This document shows, in pieces, positions 1 to 12,295 of a stretch of DNA of 64,000 bases (position 1 is its first letter; each line of letters starts with the position of its first letter). Made by a program: the position numbers and the translations under genes. The notes under the pieces are model-generated. The model was not told the DNA's origin. It saw nothing but the letters and a program-made list of their open reading frames with translations, and searched no databases. This DNA is from Squalus acanthias (Eukaryota): contig JASTWF010000358.1 in assembly GCA_030390025.1 (NCBI GenBank), forward strand, positions 62,001 through 126,000, given 5' to 3'.

Positions 1-444
1 TAGTAGGAGAATGGGTACAGGAAAAGAAGTTTGAGCAAAAACCTGGTATTTGACCGAAGTGGGAAAAAGTATGTTTATATACATTCTGTTATTAACCAAA
101 GAACAGTTAAAATACATATTAATCAGCCGAATGGCAAGCATATTGTTACAACTGTCTCCATAGACAATCTCAAAATTTGTCCTGCGGGATATCGAAATGG
201 AGGAATAATACAGGGTGCAGTCGTACACTGTCTTTCAAAACACTGCTTGGAGCACGACACAGGAAATGGATGCGATCGAATTACTGACGACGGTCAGTTA
301 GACGGTGTCGCCGACTCCTCAACACGATGCTTGGCAAAGCCTCAGGAATTGAATTCGCGAAACGCAACAACCAAAACAATGAAAGATCAACGAGTTACTT
401 CAACAAAGGAGGAAGACACCGCGGATAAAGAAGAAATCAACTGA
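1..444 (+). pseudogene. pol: Foamy-virus-like integrase C-terminal domain remnant (provirus A)
   Basis: Reads VGEWVQEK..PKW..IHSVINQRTVKIH..TVSIDNLK..NG, paralleling the prototype foamy virus (PFV) IN CTD (VGQLVQER..PRW..VLNPRTV..TVSIDNLK..NG). Frameshifted. Homologous to the reverse complement of ~7450-7890. Confidence 0.85.
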
Positions 445-809
445 GCACCTGGCAAGGCCTTTACGAAAGCACAAATCTGTCCACACGCCGAATTTAAGGA
501 ACAGCAATCAAGCTTCAGCTAGATCCAAATGATGTCTCCTTGACTCGTATGAATAACTCCCCCCTACGGAACGTACATCTGCCGATTGGACATTCCAAGT
601 ATATTTTGTTCCGCTAATTGCATGACAATGTACTTATCATCCTTGTAAATTGTGTTCAATTTTAAATAATTCAAAAACATTGTCCTACCTTGATTTAAAG
701 GAATTTTCACGTAGCACATGATTAGGCTTTTGTTAATCGTGTGAAATTAATGTGCTATTGTAACCTTTTTAGTAACATTGACCAAACTCTGCCCTAATGT
801 TTTGAGTTA

Positions 810-830
810 TTTTTTTTTTCAAGAGGGGAG
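810..830 (+). promoter_or_regulatory. T-tract plus 3' polypurine tract of provirus A
   Basis: T10-C-AAGAGGGGAG lies immediately before the LTR start TGTGAAGG at 831. Confidence 0.85.
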
Positions 831-2144
831 TGTGAAGGATTACGTCATATTCAGAAAAAATACACCATCCTATGAAATATTCTGGCATTTGTAACATGAC
901 ATACTGGGCTTGAAAATTTGGAAGCCTCAACAATCTGAAGCTTTGAATAGCATACAGGCTGTTGGGATAAGATAAGTTGTTGACACTGAATCCATATCCT
1001 TAATGAAACAAAAGGTTGGAGGTTTTTAAAAGTCTGAAGCCTTGGAAAGAACATTATGGTATACCCAGTTAAGGTGTCTTAAACCAACACTTTGGAAGGA
1101 ATCACAGAAAGATAAAGAAACATGTGCCTTCGTATAAAGGACATCAAATAGAACCACTGCTTTTACACTGTTTTTTATGATGAGCTTCGAACACCTAGGG
1201 TAGAGACATACATCTTAATGCAACCAGTTGAGGTAACTAAGAAGCCAATGGTGCATCCGGTTGAGGTGTTCTAAATGCAAAAGATACAAACAGAAGAACT
1301 TGGTAAGAATGGCATCAAGTGGGGAAGGCCCCACCCGCCACAGTGATTTTGTATTGAATTTGAAACATCTTAAGGTAGAGACACGAGTCTGATTGTTACC
1401 AGCTGAACTGACTGTAAGAATAGAAGGGGTCAACAGAAAAATGACTAGAGATAATTAGCTTACTTCAGCAGAAAACTTCAAAGGAAGTAACAATGAGAAA
1501 GGTAATAAAAATTGGACTTTCGACGGGAAGATAGATTCGCTTGAAGGGGAAAAGCGATTCTCAGGCTTCAGAGGCAAGCTCTGTAAGTCTTCAACTCTTT
1601 GTATCTCGGGGATCAAAAATGTACTTGTATTTGATTTTGGTGGATATCCTGGAATAAGACAAAGAAATGTAAAAATGTAAAGAAGTTAAGATTTGAGAAT
1701 AAGGATCTCTGATAAGATTGCAAAAGCTTATTCTTTTTGGAATTTAAAAGTTGCGAATGAATCATCAACTGTAAATTACATGTCGGTTCTTTAATAAATC
1801 TATATATTTTTAGATTTGTCTCACATAGTACTTCTGTATGAAACTCGAAAATTCAAACTCTGTGCACTCTTTGGTGAGGAGTTGCAGAAATCTGAGGGAG
1901 CTTTCCAAACACTCATAATAGCCGGAACGTTACAGTCTAGCTAAACTTATTAAAAGTGCTGTCCGGAGGACGGTAACATCATCAGGCTGTTAATTTCCTT
2001 TAGCGAGAGATAGTCTGTACCTTTAGTGCCAATTTAGAGTCTTTAGGATTCGGCTACCTCTGACTTTAGTTAAAAATGAACGTCTGGGAAAAAGCCTGAT
2101 CCGGGGTAGCCCAAAAGGGGCTAGGACTAGTATTTATCCCTTCA
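831..2144 (+). mobile_element. Foamy-like 3' LTR (LTR1, ~1.31 kb)
   Basis: TGTGAAGG...ATCCCTTCA ends, preceded by a PPT. GTAAGT at 1583 and AATAAA at 1793. Homologous to five other copies in the window. Confidence 0.9.
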
Positions 2145-4105
2145 GTCTAATCATCAGTGACCACTTTTAAAGATGGAGACTCACCATCAGGGATCACTTT
2201 TATAGAGAGAGCCTGAAAATCAGAGACCTTCTAAAGAGGGAGTTTTTCTATCAGGGAGCCCTTCACAAGAGTGAGTCTCACCATCAGATACCCTTCTAAT
2301 GAGGAAGTCATACTATCAGGGAGCCCTTTTAAAGAGACTCTTACCTTCATGGATCCCTTTACAGAAATTGTCTTTCTATCAGGAACCCCTTTTAAAGAGG
2401 GTGTCGCACCATCAGGGAACCCTTTTAAAGCGAGATTCTCCCCATCAGGGACACATTTTAAAGAGAGAGATTCACCATCAGGGAACCCTTTTAAAGATGG
2501 AATCTCAACATCAGGGACCCCTTTTAAAGATGGAATCTCACCATTTCGTACCCCATTTAAAGAGGGGGTATCCCCCATCAGGAACCCCTTTTTAATAGAG
2601 AGTCTCCGCATGAGAGGCCCCTTTTAAAGAGGGAGTCTCACCGTCAGGGATCACTTTTAAAGAGAGAGCCTCACCATCAGAGACTCTTTTAAAGAGGGAG
2701 TCTCACCCTCAGGAATCCATTTTAAAGAGAGATTCTTTCTATCAAGGACCCCTTTTAAAGGGAAACTTCCTTTTTGGGACACTATTTAAACAGAGTGTCA
2801 CTCTATCAGGGACCACTTTTAAACAGGGTGTCTCAACATCAGATATCCCTTTTAAAGAGGCATTTTCGCCATCAGGGACTCCTTTTAAAGAGGGAGTTTC
2901 ACACTCAGGGACACCTTTTAAAGAGGGAGTCTCACCTTCAGGGACCCCTTTTAAAGAGGCATTCTCGCCATCAGGGACTCCTTTTAAAGGGAGTCTCACC
3001 ATCAGGGACCCCTTTTAAACAGGGAGTCTCAACATCAGGGGCCCCTTTTGAAGAGTGGACTCCCCATCAGTGACCCATTTTAAAGAGAGAGTCTCGCCAT
3101 TTGGGACCAATTTTAAATGGGGAGTCTCAGAATCAGGCAACCTTTTTAAAGAGGATGTTTCAGCATCAGGGACCCCTTTTAAATAGAGGGTCTCACCGTA
3201 TGGGGCCCGTTACAATGAGGGAGTTTCCCTGTCAGGGACCCATTTTAATGAGAGGGTCGCACCACCAGGAACCCCTGTTAAAGAGGGAGTCTCACCATCA
3301 AGGACATTTTTAAAGAAAGAGTCACACCATCAGGGCCAACTTTTAATGAGTGAGTCTCACCATCATGGAACAATTTTAAAGAAAAAAGTCTTTCTATCAG
3401 GTACCACTTTTAAAGAGAGAGTCTAAGCATCAGGGAATCCATTTAAAGAGTGAGTCTCACGTTTAGGGACCACTTTTAAATAGGGTGTCCCAACTTCAGG
3501 GACCACTATTAAAGAGGGAGTCCCAAGATCAGGGCCCCGTTATAATGAGGGCGTATCACTGCCAGGGGAAATTTTTAACGAGTGAATCTCTCCACCAGAA
3601 TCCCCTTTTAAAGAGGGAGTCTCACCATCAGGTCATCTTTTAAAGAGAGAGTCTCACAATCAGGGACACCTTTTAAAGAGAGAGTCACATCATCAGGGTC
3701 CCCGTTTAAAGAGGGTGTCTCACCATCAGAGACCCTTTTAAAGAGGGAGCCTTTCTATCAGTGAGCCATTTTAAAAAGTGCGTATCACCATCAGAGATCC
3801 CTTTAAAAAGGGAGTCTCACCATCAGGGGCCCCTTTCAAAGAGGGTGTCTCACCATCAGGGACTCCTTTAAAAGAGAGAGTATTTCTATCAAGGACGCCT
3901 TTTAAAGAAGGAGTCTCACCCTCGTGGACCCATTTTATTTAAAGAGAGACTCTATCTATCAGGGACCCCTTCTAAAGAGGGCGTCTTTCTATCAGGGACC
4001 CCTTTTAAAGAGAGAGTCTCCTCTTTAGGGACCCCTTATAAAGAGCGAGTCTCGCCATCAGGAACCACTTTTAAAGAGAGAGTCGCATATTCAGGGACCC
4101 CTTTT
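2145..4105 (-). repeat. 33-bp satellite, reverse orientation
   Basis: Tandem diverged TCAGGGACCCCTTTTAAAGAGGGAGTCTCACCA units. Confidence 0.95.
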
Positions 4106-5909
4106 AAATGTTTCCCTGATGGTGTGTCTCCATCTTTAAAAGGGGTCCATGCTGTTGAGACTCCCTCTTTAAAAGAGGTCCCTAATGGTGAGACTCCGTC
4201 TTTAAAAGATATTGCTGATGGTGAGACAACCTCTTTAAAAGGGATCCCAGATGGAGAGACTTTCTTTCTAAAAGGGGGCCCTGATGGTGAGACACCCTCT
4301 TTAACAGGGTTCCCTGACAGAAAGACTCCCTCTTAAAATGGTCTCTGACGTTGAAACACCCTCTTTAAAAGATGCCTCTGATGGTGAGACGCTCTATTTA
4401 AAACATGTCCCTGATGGTGAGTCTCCATCTTTAAAAGGGGTCCATGCTGTTGAGACTCCCTCTTTAAAAGGAGTCCCTAATGGTGAGGCACCCTCTTTAA
4501 AAGGGTTTCCTGATGGTGAGACTCTCGTTAAAATGGGTCACTCATGGTGAAACTCCAAATTTAAAAGGGATCTCTGATGGTGAGATTCCCTGTTTAAAAT
4601 GGGTCCCTGATGGCGATACACACTCTTTAAAAGGATTCCCTGATAGAAAGAGTTCCCCTTTAAAATGTGTCCCTGATGGTGAGAATCCCTCTTTAAAAGA
4701 TGTCCCTGATGGCGAGACTCTCTCTTTAAAAGATATTGCTGATGGTGAGACACCCTCTTTAAAAGGAATCCCTGATGGAGAGACTCTCTTTCTAAAAGTT
4801 GGCCCTGATGGTGAGAATTTCTCTTTAGAAGGAGCCCTGAGGATGAGACTCCCACTTTAAAAGAAGTCCCTGATGTAGACTCTCCCTCTTTAAAAGGGGT
4901 CCCTGATGGTAAGACTCACTTTTAAAGGGCTCCCTGATTGAAATAATCCCTCTTTAAAAGGGGTCCCTGATGGCGAAACTCTCTCTTTAAAAGGTGTCCC
5001 TGATGGCGAAACGCTCTCTTTCAAAGGTGTCCCTGATGGCGAAACGCTCTCTTTCAAAGGGGACCTGATGGCGAAAATTTCTCTTTAAAAGGGACCTGAT
5101 GGCGTAACTCTCTCTTTAAAAGGTTTCCCTGATTGCGAGACTGCATCTTTAAAAGGGTTCCCTGATGGTGAGACTCCCTCTTTAGGAGGGGCCCCTGATG
5201 GCGAAACTCTCTCTTTAAATGGGGTCCCTGATGGCGAAACTCTCTCTTTAAAAGAGGACCCTGATGCTGAAAAACCTTTTTAAAAGTGTTCCCTGATGGT
5301 GCGCCGCTTTAAAAGGGGTCCCTAATTGGGAGGCTCTCTCTTTAAAAGTGGTCCCTGATAGAAAGATTCTGTCTTTAAAAAGAGTCCCCGAGTGTGCGAC
5401 TCCCTCATTAAAAGGTGTCTCTGATGATGGGAGACCCTCTTTAAAAGGGGTCACTGATGGTGAGCCTCTTTAAAAGTGGTCCCTGTTGGGGGGACTCTCT
5501 CTTTAATAGGGCTCCCTAATGTAGACCCTCCCTCTTTAAAAGGGATCTCTGACGGTGAGACAAGCTTTTTAAATGGGTCCCTGATGGTGAGACTCACTCT
5601 TTATAAGGGTTCCCTGATGGTGAGACTCTCTCGTTAAAAGGATTGCCTGATGCTGAAACACCATCTTCAAAAGTGGTCCCTGATGGTGAGCCGCTTTAAA
5701 AGGGGTCCCTAATTGGGAGCTATATCTTTAAAAGTAATCCCTGATAGAAAGACACTGTCTTAAAAAGAGTCCCAGAGGGTGAGACCCCTCTTTAAAAGGT
5801 ATATCTGATGGTGAGACTCCCTCTTTAAAAGGGGTCACTGATGGTTGTACTCCCTCTTTAAACGGGGTCCCCAATGGTGAGACTCCCTTTTTAAAGTGGA
5901 TCCCTGATG
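4106..5909 (+). repeat. 33-bp satellite (consensus CCCTGATGGTGAGACTCCCTCTTTAAAAGGGGT)
   Basis: Tandem diverged units; orientation flips at the TTTTAAA core, 4102-4108. Confidence 0.95.
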
Positions 5910-7044
5910 TGAAGGGATAATTACAATCCTAGTCCCTTTAATGCTACCCCACATCAGGCTTATTCCTCAGACTTTCACTTTCAACTAAAATTTGTGCTAG
6001 CCGAATCCTAAGGACGCTTGATTGGGGCTAAAGTTCTGGACTATCTCTCGCTAAAGGAAAGGAACAACTTGGAAATGTTACCGTCCTCCAGATAACACTT
6101 TTAATAACTTTATCTAGACTGAAACGTTCCGGATATTATGAGGGTCCGGAAAACTCCCCCAGAATTCTGCAACTCCTCACCAAAGAGAGTACAGAGATTG
6201 AGTTCGTGAGTTTGATACAGAAGTATTCTGTGAGACAATTCTAAAAATATGCAGATTGATTAAAGAACCGACAAGTAAATACAGTAGGTGTTTCAATCGC
6301 AAGATTAACAGTTCCAAAAAGAGAAAGTTTACAATTCGTTTTATCAGATCTTAACTTCGCTCCAGTTTCACAGTTCTTAGTCTTATTCCGGGATATCCAA
6401 TAAAATAAAATATAATACAGTACCTTTATCCCCGAGGTAGAAAGAGTTGTAGACTTACAGAGCCGCTTTGGAGCCTGAGAATCGCTCTGCCCCTCTACAG
6501 AGAATCTATTTTACCTTTTAAAGTTCAATATTTGTACCCTTTTTAAGTGGTATTTCTTTAAAGTTTTCTGCCGATGTAAGCTAATTATGTCCGGTCATTT
6601 TTCTGCTGACTTCTGCGATTCTGACAGTCAGATCAGCTGGCAGCATTAGAAACGTGTCTCTTCCATAGGTGTCCGAAGCGCAACATAAAAACAGAGGGCC
6701 GGCAGCTGTTTCTTTTACTTGATGTCATTTTTAAGAAGACATATGTTTCTTACATTTATGTGCCTGTTTACGAAGTGTAACTTAGAACAGCATAACCAGG
6801 ATGCACAATTATCTTCTTTCCAAAGATTCACACCTTCAGGAGCCTCCAACCTTCTGTTTCAATACGGTTATTGATTCAGTGTCAACAAACATCCCATCCC
6901 CATAGCCAGATTGCTGTTAACAATACAGCTTCTCCATTGTTAGGCTTTTAGATTTCCAAACCCAGTTTGTCATGTTTGAATAAGGCCAGAATTCTTTCAT
7001 AGAATGGTTTATATTTCTGAATAGGTATATGGCTTATTCTTTAA
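5910..7044 (-). mobile_element. Foamy-like 3' LTR (LTR2, short U3 type) of provirus B
   Basis: Begins TGAAGGGATAA (reverse complement of the U5 end). The U3 end near 7044 is degraded and is followed by a C-rich tract, i.e. the PPT on the minus strand. Confidence 0.88.
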
Positions 7045-7070
7045 CCCTCCCCTCCCCCCACCCCCCTTGT
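7045..7070 (-). promoter_or_regulatory. Expanded polypurine tract of provirus B
   Basis: CCCTCCCCTCCCCCCACCCCCCTTG adjoining the LTR U3 end, at the position homologous to 821-830. Confidence 0.7.
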
Positions 7071-7286
7071 GACCAAAAAATGAACTCGAGTAGCAAGACA
7101 GAGTTTGGTCCATTTTACTAATAAGGTTAAAATAGCACATTAATTTCAAGAGATTCACATGAGCCGAATCATGTGCTACATGAAAATTACTGTTAAGTCA
7201 TCCTAGGAAAATGTTTTGCCTTCTTTTAAATTTAATACATTTTGAATGGGTATTGGTACATTGTAATGCAATTAGCGAAACAACAT

Positions 7287-7694
7287 CTACTTAGAATGTC
7301 CAATTGTCAGATGTACGTTCCGTAGAGGTGAGTTATTCATACGAGTCAAGGAGACATCACTTGGAAATAGCTGAAACTTGACACGCTGTTCCTTCGATCC
7401 AGTGTGTGGACAGATTCTTTTTTTTAATAAAGGCCTTGCCAGGTGCTCAGTTGATTCCTTATTCATCCGCTCTGTTTTCCTCCTCCGTTGAAGTAACTCA
7501 TTGATCTTTCCTTGTTTCGGTTGTGGCTTTTTGCGAATCCAATTCCTGAGGTGTTGCCAAGCATCGTGGGGAGGAGTCAGTGACGCCGTCTGACTGACTG
7601 TCGTCAGTAATTCGATCGCATCCATTTCCTGTGTCGTGCTCCAAGCTGGGTCTTGAAAGATAGTGCACGACTGGACCTTGTATAGTTCCTCCAT
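7287..7694 (-). CDS. 135-aa ORF at the env start position (env leader remnant or accessory ORF)
   Basis: The ATG overlaps the pol 3' end at the N-G codons, as foamy env does. Contains AWQHLRNWIRKK. The homolog in provirus A (from 197) has stops. Confidence 0.45.
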   Translation of the reverse strand: MEELYKVQSCTIFQDPAWSTTQEMDAIELLTTVSQTASLTPPHDAWQHLRNWIRKKPQPKQGKINELLQRRRKTERMNKESTEHLARPLLKKRICPHTGSKEQRVKFQLFPSDVSLTRMNNSPLRNVHLTIGHSK

Positions 7695-9585
7695 TTCGGT
7701 ATCCCGCTGGACATCTTTTGAGATTGCCTATAGAGACAGTTTTAAGAATATGCTTGCCATTCGGCTGATGAATATGCATTTTACCTGTTCTACGTTAATA
7801 ACAGAACGTATCTGAAAACGTTTTTCTACTTCGGTCTTAACTCGGTTTTTGCTCGAACTTATTTTCCTGTACCCATTCTCCTGCTAGGTGTTGCCATGCT
7901 TTGTTTGTCATTTTTTTCTGCCTATTTGCCTCCCTTATCCTCTGATCAATTCGATGAATCTCCTCTGTTACTTCTTTCTTCAAATCTAACGGTCGCTGTC
8001 GGGTCAAGGAATCAGAGAGGCTGGAGGCAATAAAAGAACCAAGGGTAAGCGCTGTATGCATCTCAACCCCATACGTCAGATAATATGGAATTTTAGGGGA
8101 CACTGTCCCTGATGCGGGCACATTATTAAGTGATAGCTGCACCTCCGGAATGATGGTGGTCGACTTATTTCCCCTGAATTTCAACAGTTTGACCAATAGC
8201 TTTTTTACTTACTGGTTTTTACGTTCCACCTGCCCCGCTGATTGTGGAAGACGTGGCGTGCTGTGCTCTAACCCAATTCCTCATTATTCGCAATTGTCTT
8301 TGAAGGCCTTGTAGACAAAGGCTCCGCCTTGATCGGTGTGTAAGATTTTGGGTGCATGAGCTACAGTAATTATGTCAGTAATAGCATTGGTGTGTGCATT
8401 TTCCGAAACAGTTTTTGTGGGGACCAGCCAGCAGAGGGATGTACATCTATGTACACAAACGAGGACATGTCTATATCGCAAAGACGGGGGAAGCGGTCCA
8501 ATAAAGTCAATAACGAATATTGCCATTGGGTCATCAGCTTTCACAGGAGCCAATGGTGGTGGATTAATTAGTGATGACTTATTGGTAAAAAAGCATTGCT
8601 CACAATTTGCCACGTATGTCTTACAGGCCTTAAGCATGCCTGGCCACCAATATAAAGGGGTCAATTTGCAGAATGTTGTTCTGGCACGACAATGTGCTTG
8701 ACCTATGCCCTCGTGAGCTTCTTTTACAAGCTGTTCTCGTTTGTGTCTCGGGGGTATTTCTCGATTTCCGATGGGCAACTTAATTAGCACAAAATCCGTA
8801 GGGGTTTGCGAGTAAAAGTACATTAGTGGATATCCTGGTGGATTCTCTTTTGTTGGGTCTAATAGCTCAATCAGTTCCTCATCCTGATTAGCTGCCCGTT
8901 CTGCCCTAGTGATTACACTAATATTGGCAGGCCTCTCTCGAGGGGGTGTCATGAAGACCGAATGTTTCTCTTGTTCGTCTGCAAGACTGTTTCCTTTTGA
9001 GTGTACTGTCCCAGTGCTTTTCCCGTTTACATGAATCACCTGACAATTCTGTTTCTCCATTCTCGAACGAAGAATGTCTTATGTTTTATGCGTTTACCTT
9101 ATGATTGGTAAAATTTGTTTGTTCCCAGAAAACTCGCTCTTGGTTATATCCTCTTTTACAGTAGTCACTATCCTTACTGATTAGTGTGGGTTTAATATGG
9201 TCTGCTTTTTCTAAAGCATACCGTAGCTGCTGCGGCTTCAGCATATTGCGCTGTCTTATGGCCAATGGGTATGGACAGTAATTCTTCTGAATAAAAAGAA
9301 TAGGAATCTCGAAAAGTCCCTACTACTACCCCCATCCCAGGTGAGGATTGTTGGGATGTCCCTCTTTTAATCGTCATTGACGATCCATCACAAATTATTA
9401 CTTGGTGAAGTGGATTCACAGGGGTAGGATTATTTCCCCTAATGAAGCAATCATTTGAATTTCCGAATAAAAAGACTTGGCCAATTCGTACATGGTTTTC
9501 CATTTCGTCAGGAGCTAAACTCGGTTAGGAATTAATATGAGCTTTATAAGATATTTCTAGACCTCAATTGTATATTGAGGGAGTT
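7498..9585 (-). pseudogene. pol: Foamy-virus-like pol remnant: connection, RNase H and integrase
   Basis: RNase H: ICDGSS, GMGV, SIPIGHKTAQYAE, GNSLAD. Integrase: NED GYPLMYFY..IPP, HHCC with LYWWP, IDFIGPLPPS, WLVPTK, PKILHTDQGGAF, STPRLPQSAGQVERKN, TVSIGNLK. Several stops and frameshifts; cut at ~9590 by satellite. Confidence 0.92.
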
Positions 9586-9594
9586 CTGATTTAG

Positions 9595-11178
9595 GCTCCC
9601 CTTTTAAATTTGTCCCTGATGGTGAGACTTCCTCTTTAAAAGATGTCCCTGATGGCAAGATTCTCTCTTTAAAATATATTGCTGATGGTGAGATACCCTC
9701 CTTAAAAGGGGTCCCTGATGGAGAAAATCTCTATTTAAAAGGGATCCCTGATGGTGAGACTCCCTCTTTAAAAGAAGTCCCTGATGCTGAAAAACATTTT
9801 TAAAAGTGTTCCCTGATGGTGAGCCGCTTTAAAAGGGGTCCCTAATTGGGAGGCTCTCTCTTTAAAAGTGGTCCCTGATAGAAAGATTCTGTCTTTAAAA
9901 AGAATCCCCGAGTGTGCGAATTCCTCATTAAAAGGTGTTTCTGATGATGAGACACCCTCTTTAAAAGGGGTCACTGATGGTGAGCCTCTTTAAAAGTGGT
10001 CCCTGTTGGGGGGACTCTCTCCTTAAAAGGGGTACCTCATTGAAAGACGCCCTATTTGGAAGGGGTCCCTGGCAGATTGTCTCTATCTTTAAAATGGTTC
10101 CACGAGGGTGAGGCACCCTCTTTAAAATGGATCTCTGATGGTGAGCTTCTTTAAAAGGGGTCCCAAATGGAGAGACTCTCTCTTTCAAAGGGGTTCCTAA
10201 TAGAATGACTCTGTCTTTAAAAAGTGTCCCCGAGACTCAGATTCCCTTTTTAAATGGGGTCCCTGATAGAAATACTCTCTCTTTAAAATGGGTCTCTGAT
10301 GTTGCGACTCCCCTTTAAAAGTGGTCCCTGATGGTCAGACTCCCTCATTAAAAGTGGTCCCTGACGATGAGACGCCGTCTTTAAAAGGGATCCGTGATAG
10401 AAAGACACACTCTGTAAAAGGGGTCCCTGATAGTGAGAAACCTTTTTAAAAAGGGGTCCCTGGTGTTAAGACTCACTTGAACAGGACTCCCTGAGAGAAA
10501 CCCTCCCTCTTTAAAAGTTTCTCTGATGATGAGACTCCCTCTTAAAAAGGACTCCCTGATAGAAGGACGCCCTCTTTAAAAGTGGACCCTGATGGCGAAA
10601 CTCTCTCTTTAAAAGGGGTCCCTGATCGGGAGTCTGCCTCTTCAAAAGGGTTCCCTGATGGTGAGACTTCCTCCTTAAAAGGGGTCCCTGATGGTGAGAC
10701 TCCCTCTTTAATAGGGGTCCCTAATGTAGACTCTCAATCTTTAAAAGGGATCTCTGACGGTGAGACACTCTTTTAAAGGGGTCCCTGTTGGTAAGTCTCA
10801 CTCTTTTAATGGGCTCCCTGATAGAAAGACTCATTCTTTAAAAGGGTCCCCTGATGTTGAGACTCCCTCTTTAAAAGGGGACTCTGATGGTAAGACTCCC
10901 TCTTTAAAAGGATTGCCTGATGCTGAAACACCATCTTCAAAAGTGGTCCCTGATGGTGAGCCGCTTTAAAAGGGTCCCTAATTGGGAAGCTAGCTCTTTA
11001 AAAGTAATCCCTGATAGAAAGACACTGTCTGCAAAAGAGTCCCAGAGGGTGAACCCCTCTTTAAAAGTTGCTTCTGATGGTGAGACTTCCTCTTTAAAAG
11101 GGGTCACTGATGGTGGGACTCCTTCTTTAAACGGGGTCCCCAATGTTGAGACTCCCTCTTTAAAGTGGGTCCCTGATG
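9595..11178 (+). repeat. 33-bp satellite
   Basis: Tandem units; shares diagnostic variant blocks with 4650-5909. Confidence 0.95.
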
Positions 11179-12295
11179 TGAAGGGATAATTACTAGTCCT
11201 AGCCCCTTTAGGGCTACCCCGGTTCAGGCGTATTCCTCAGACGTTCACTTTCAACTAAAGTTTGAGGTAGCCAAATACTAAAGACGCTTGATTTGGTCTC
11301 AAGGTCCGGACTATCTCTCCCTAAAGGAAAGGAACAACCTGAAAATGTTACCGTCCTCCAGATAGCACTTTTAATAAGTTTAGCTAGACTGTAACGTTCC
11401 AGATATTATGAGGGTCCGGAAAGCTCCACCAGAATTCTGCAACTTCTCAGCAATAAGCGTACAGAGATTGAGTTCACGAGTTTGATACGGAAGTATTATG
11501 TGAGACAATTCTTAAAATATATAGATTTATTAAAGAACCGACATGAAATTACAGTAGGTCTTTCAATCGCAACATTAACAGTTCCAAAAAGAGTAAGCTT
11601 ACAATTCTTATTATCAGATCATAACTTCGCTACAGTTTTTCCAGGATTTCCACCAAAATCAAATACAGTACAGTACCTTGATCCCCGAGGTACAAAGAGT
11701 TGTAGACTTACAGAGCCGATCATGTAACCTGGGAATCGCTATGCCCCATTACAGCGAATCTATTATCCAATTTGAAATTACAATATTTATCCCCTTTTTA
11801 AGTGGTATTTCTTTAATGTTTTCTGCTGATGCAAACTAATTAGCTCTGGTCATTTTTCTGCTGACTTCTGCAATTCTTATAGTCAGATCAGCTGGAAGCA
11901 GTAAGAATCGTGTCTCTGCCCCAGGTGTCCGAATTTAAACACAAAAACGGTGTGACGGCAGGTGTTTCTTTTACTTGATGTCATTTTTACGAAGGCATAT
12001 GTTTCTTAATTTTATGTGCCTGTTTACAAAGTGTAACTTAGAACAGCATAACCAGGATGCAACATTGTCTTCTTTCCAAAGATTCAGAATGTCAGGAGCC
12101 TCCAACATTCTGTTTCAATAAGTTTATTGATTCCGTGTCAACAAACATCCCATCCCACAGCCAGAATGCTGTTAACAATACAGCTTCTCCATTGTATGGT
12201 TTTTTAGATTTGTAATCCCAGTTTGTCATGTATAATCAGGCCAGAATTATTTCATAGAATGGTATAATTTTCTGAATATGGCTTATGCCTTCACA
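11179..12295 (-). mobile_element. Foamy-like solo LTR (LTR3), TSD GATG
   Basis: ccct GATG|TGAAGGG...CCTTCACA|GATG ttgag. Confidence 0.92.

Noticed and set aside
19..29. Possible foamy central PPT (AGGAAAAGAAG at the VQE codons)
   Set aside because: It is at the homologous position but is not a copy of the 3' PPT, and it is interrupted in provirus B; too weak to call.
851..1433. Short ORFs inside the LTRs (also 11482, 17159, 28774, 31518)
   Set aside because: They are not preserved among the six LTR copies and have no recognisable domain.
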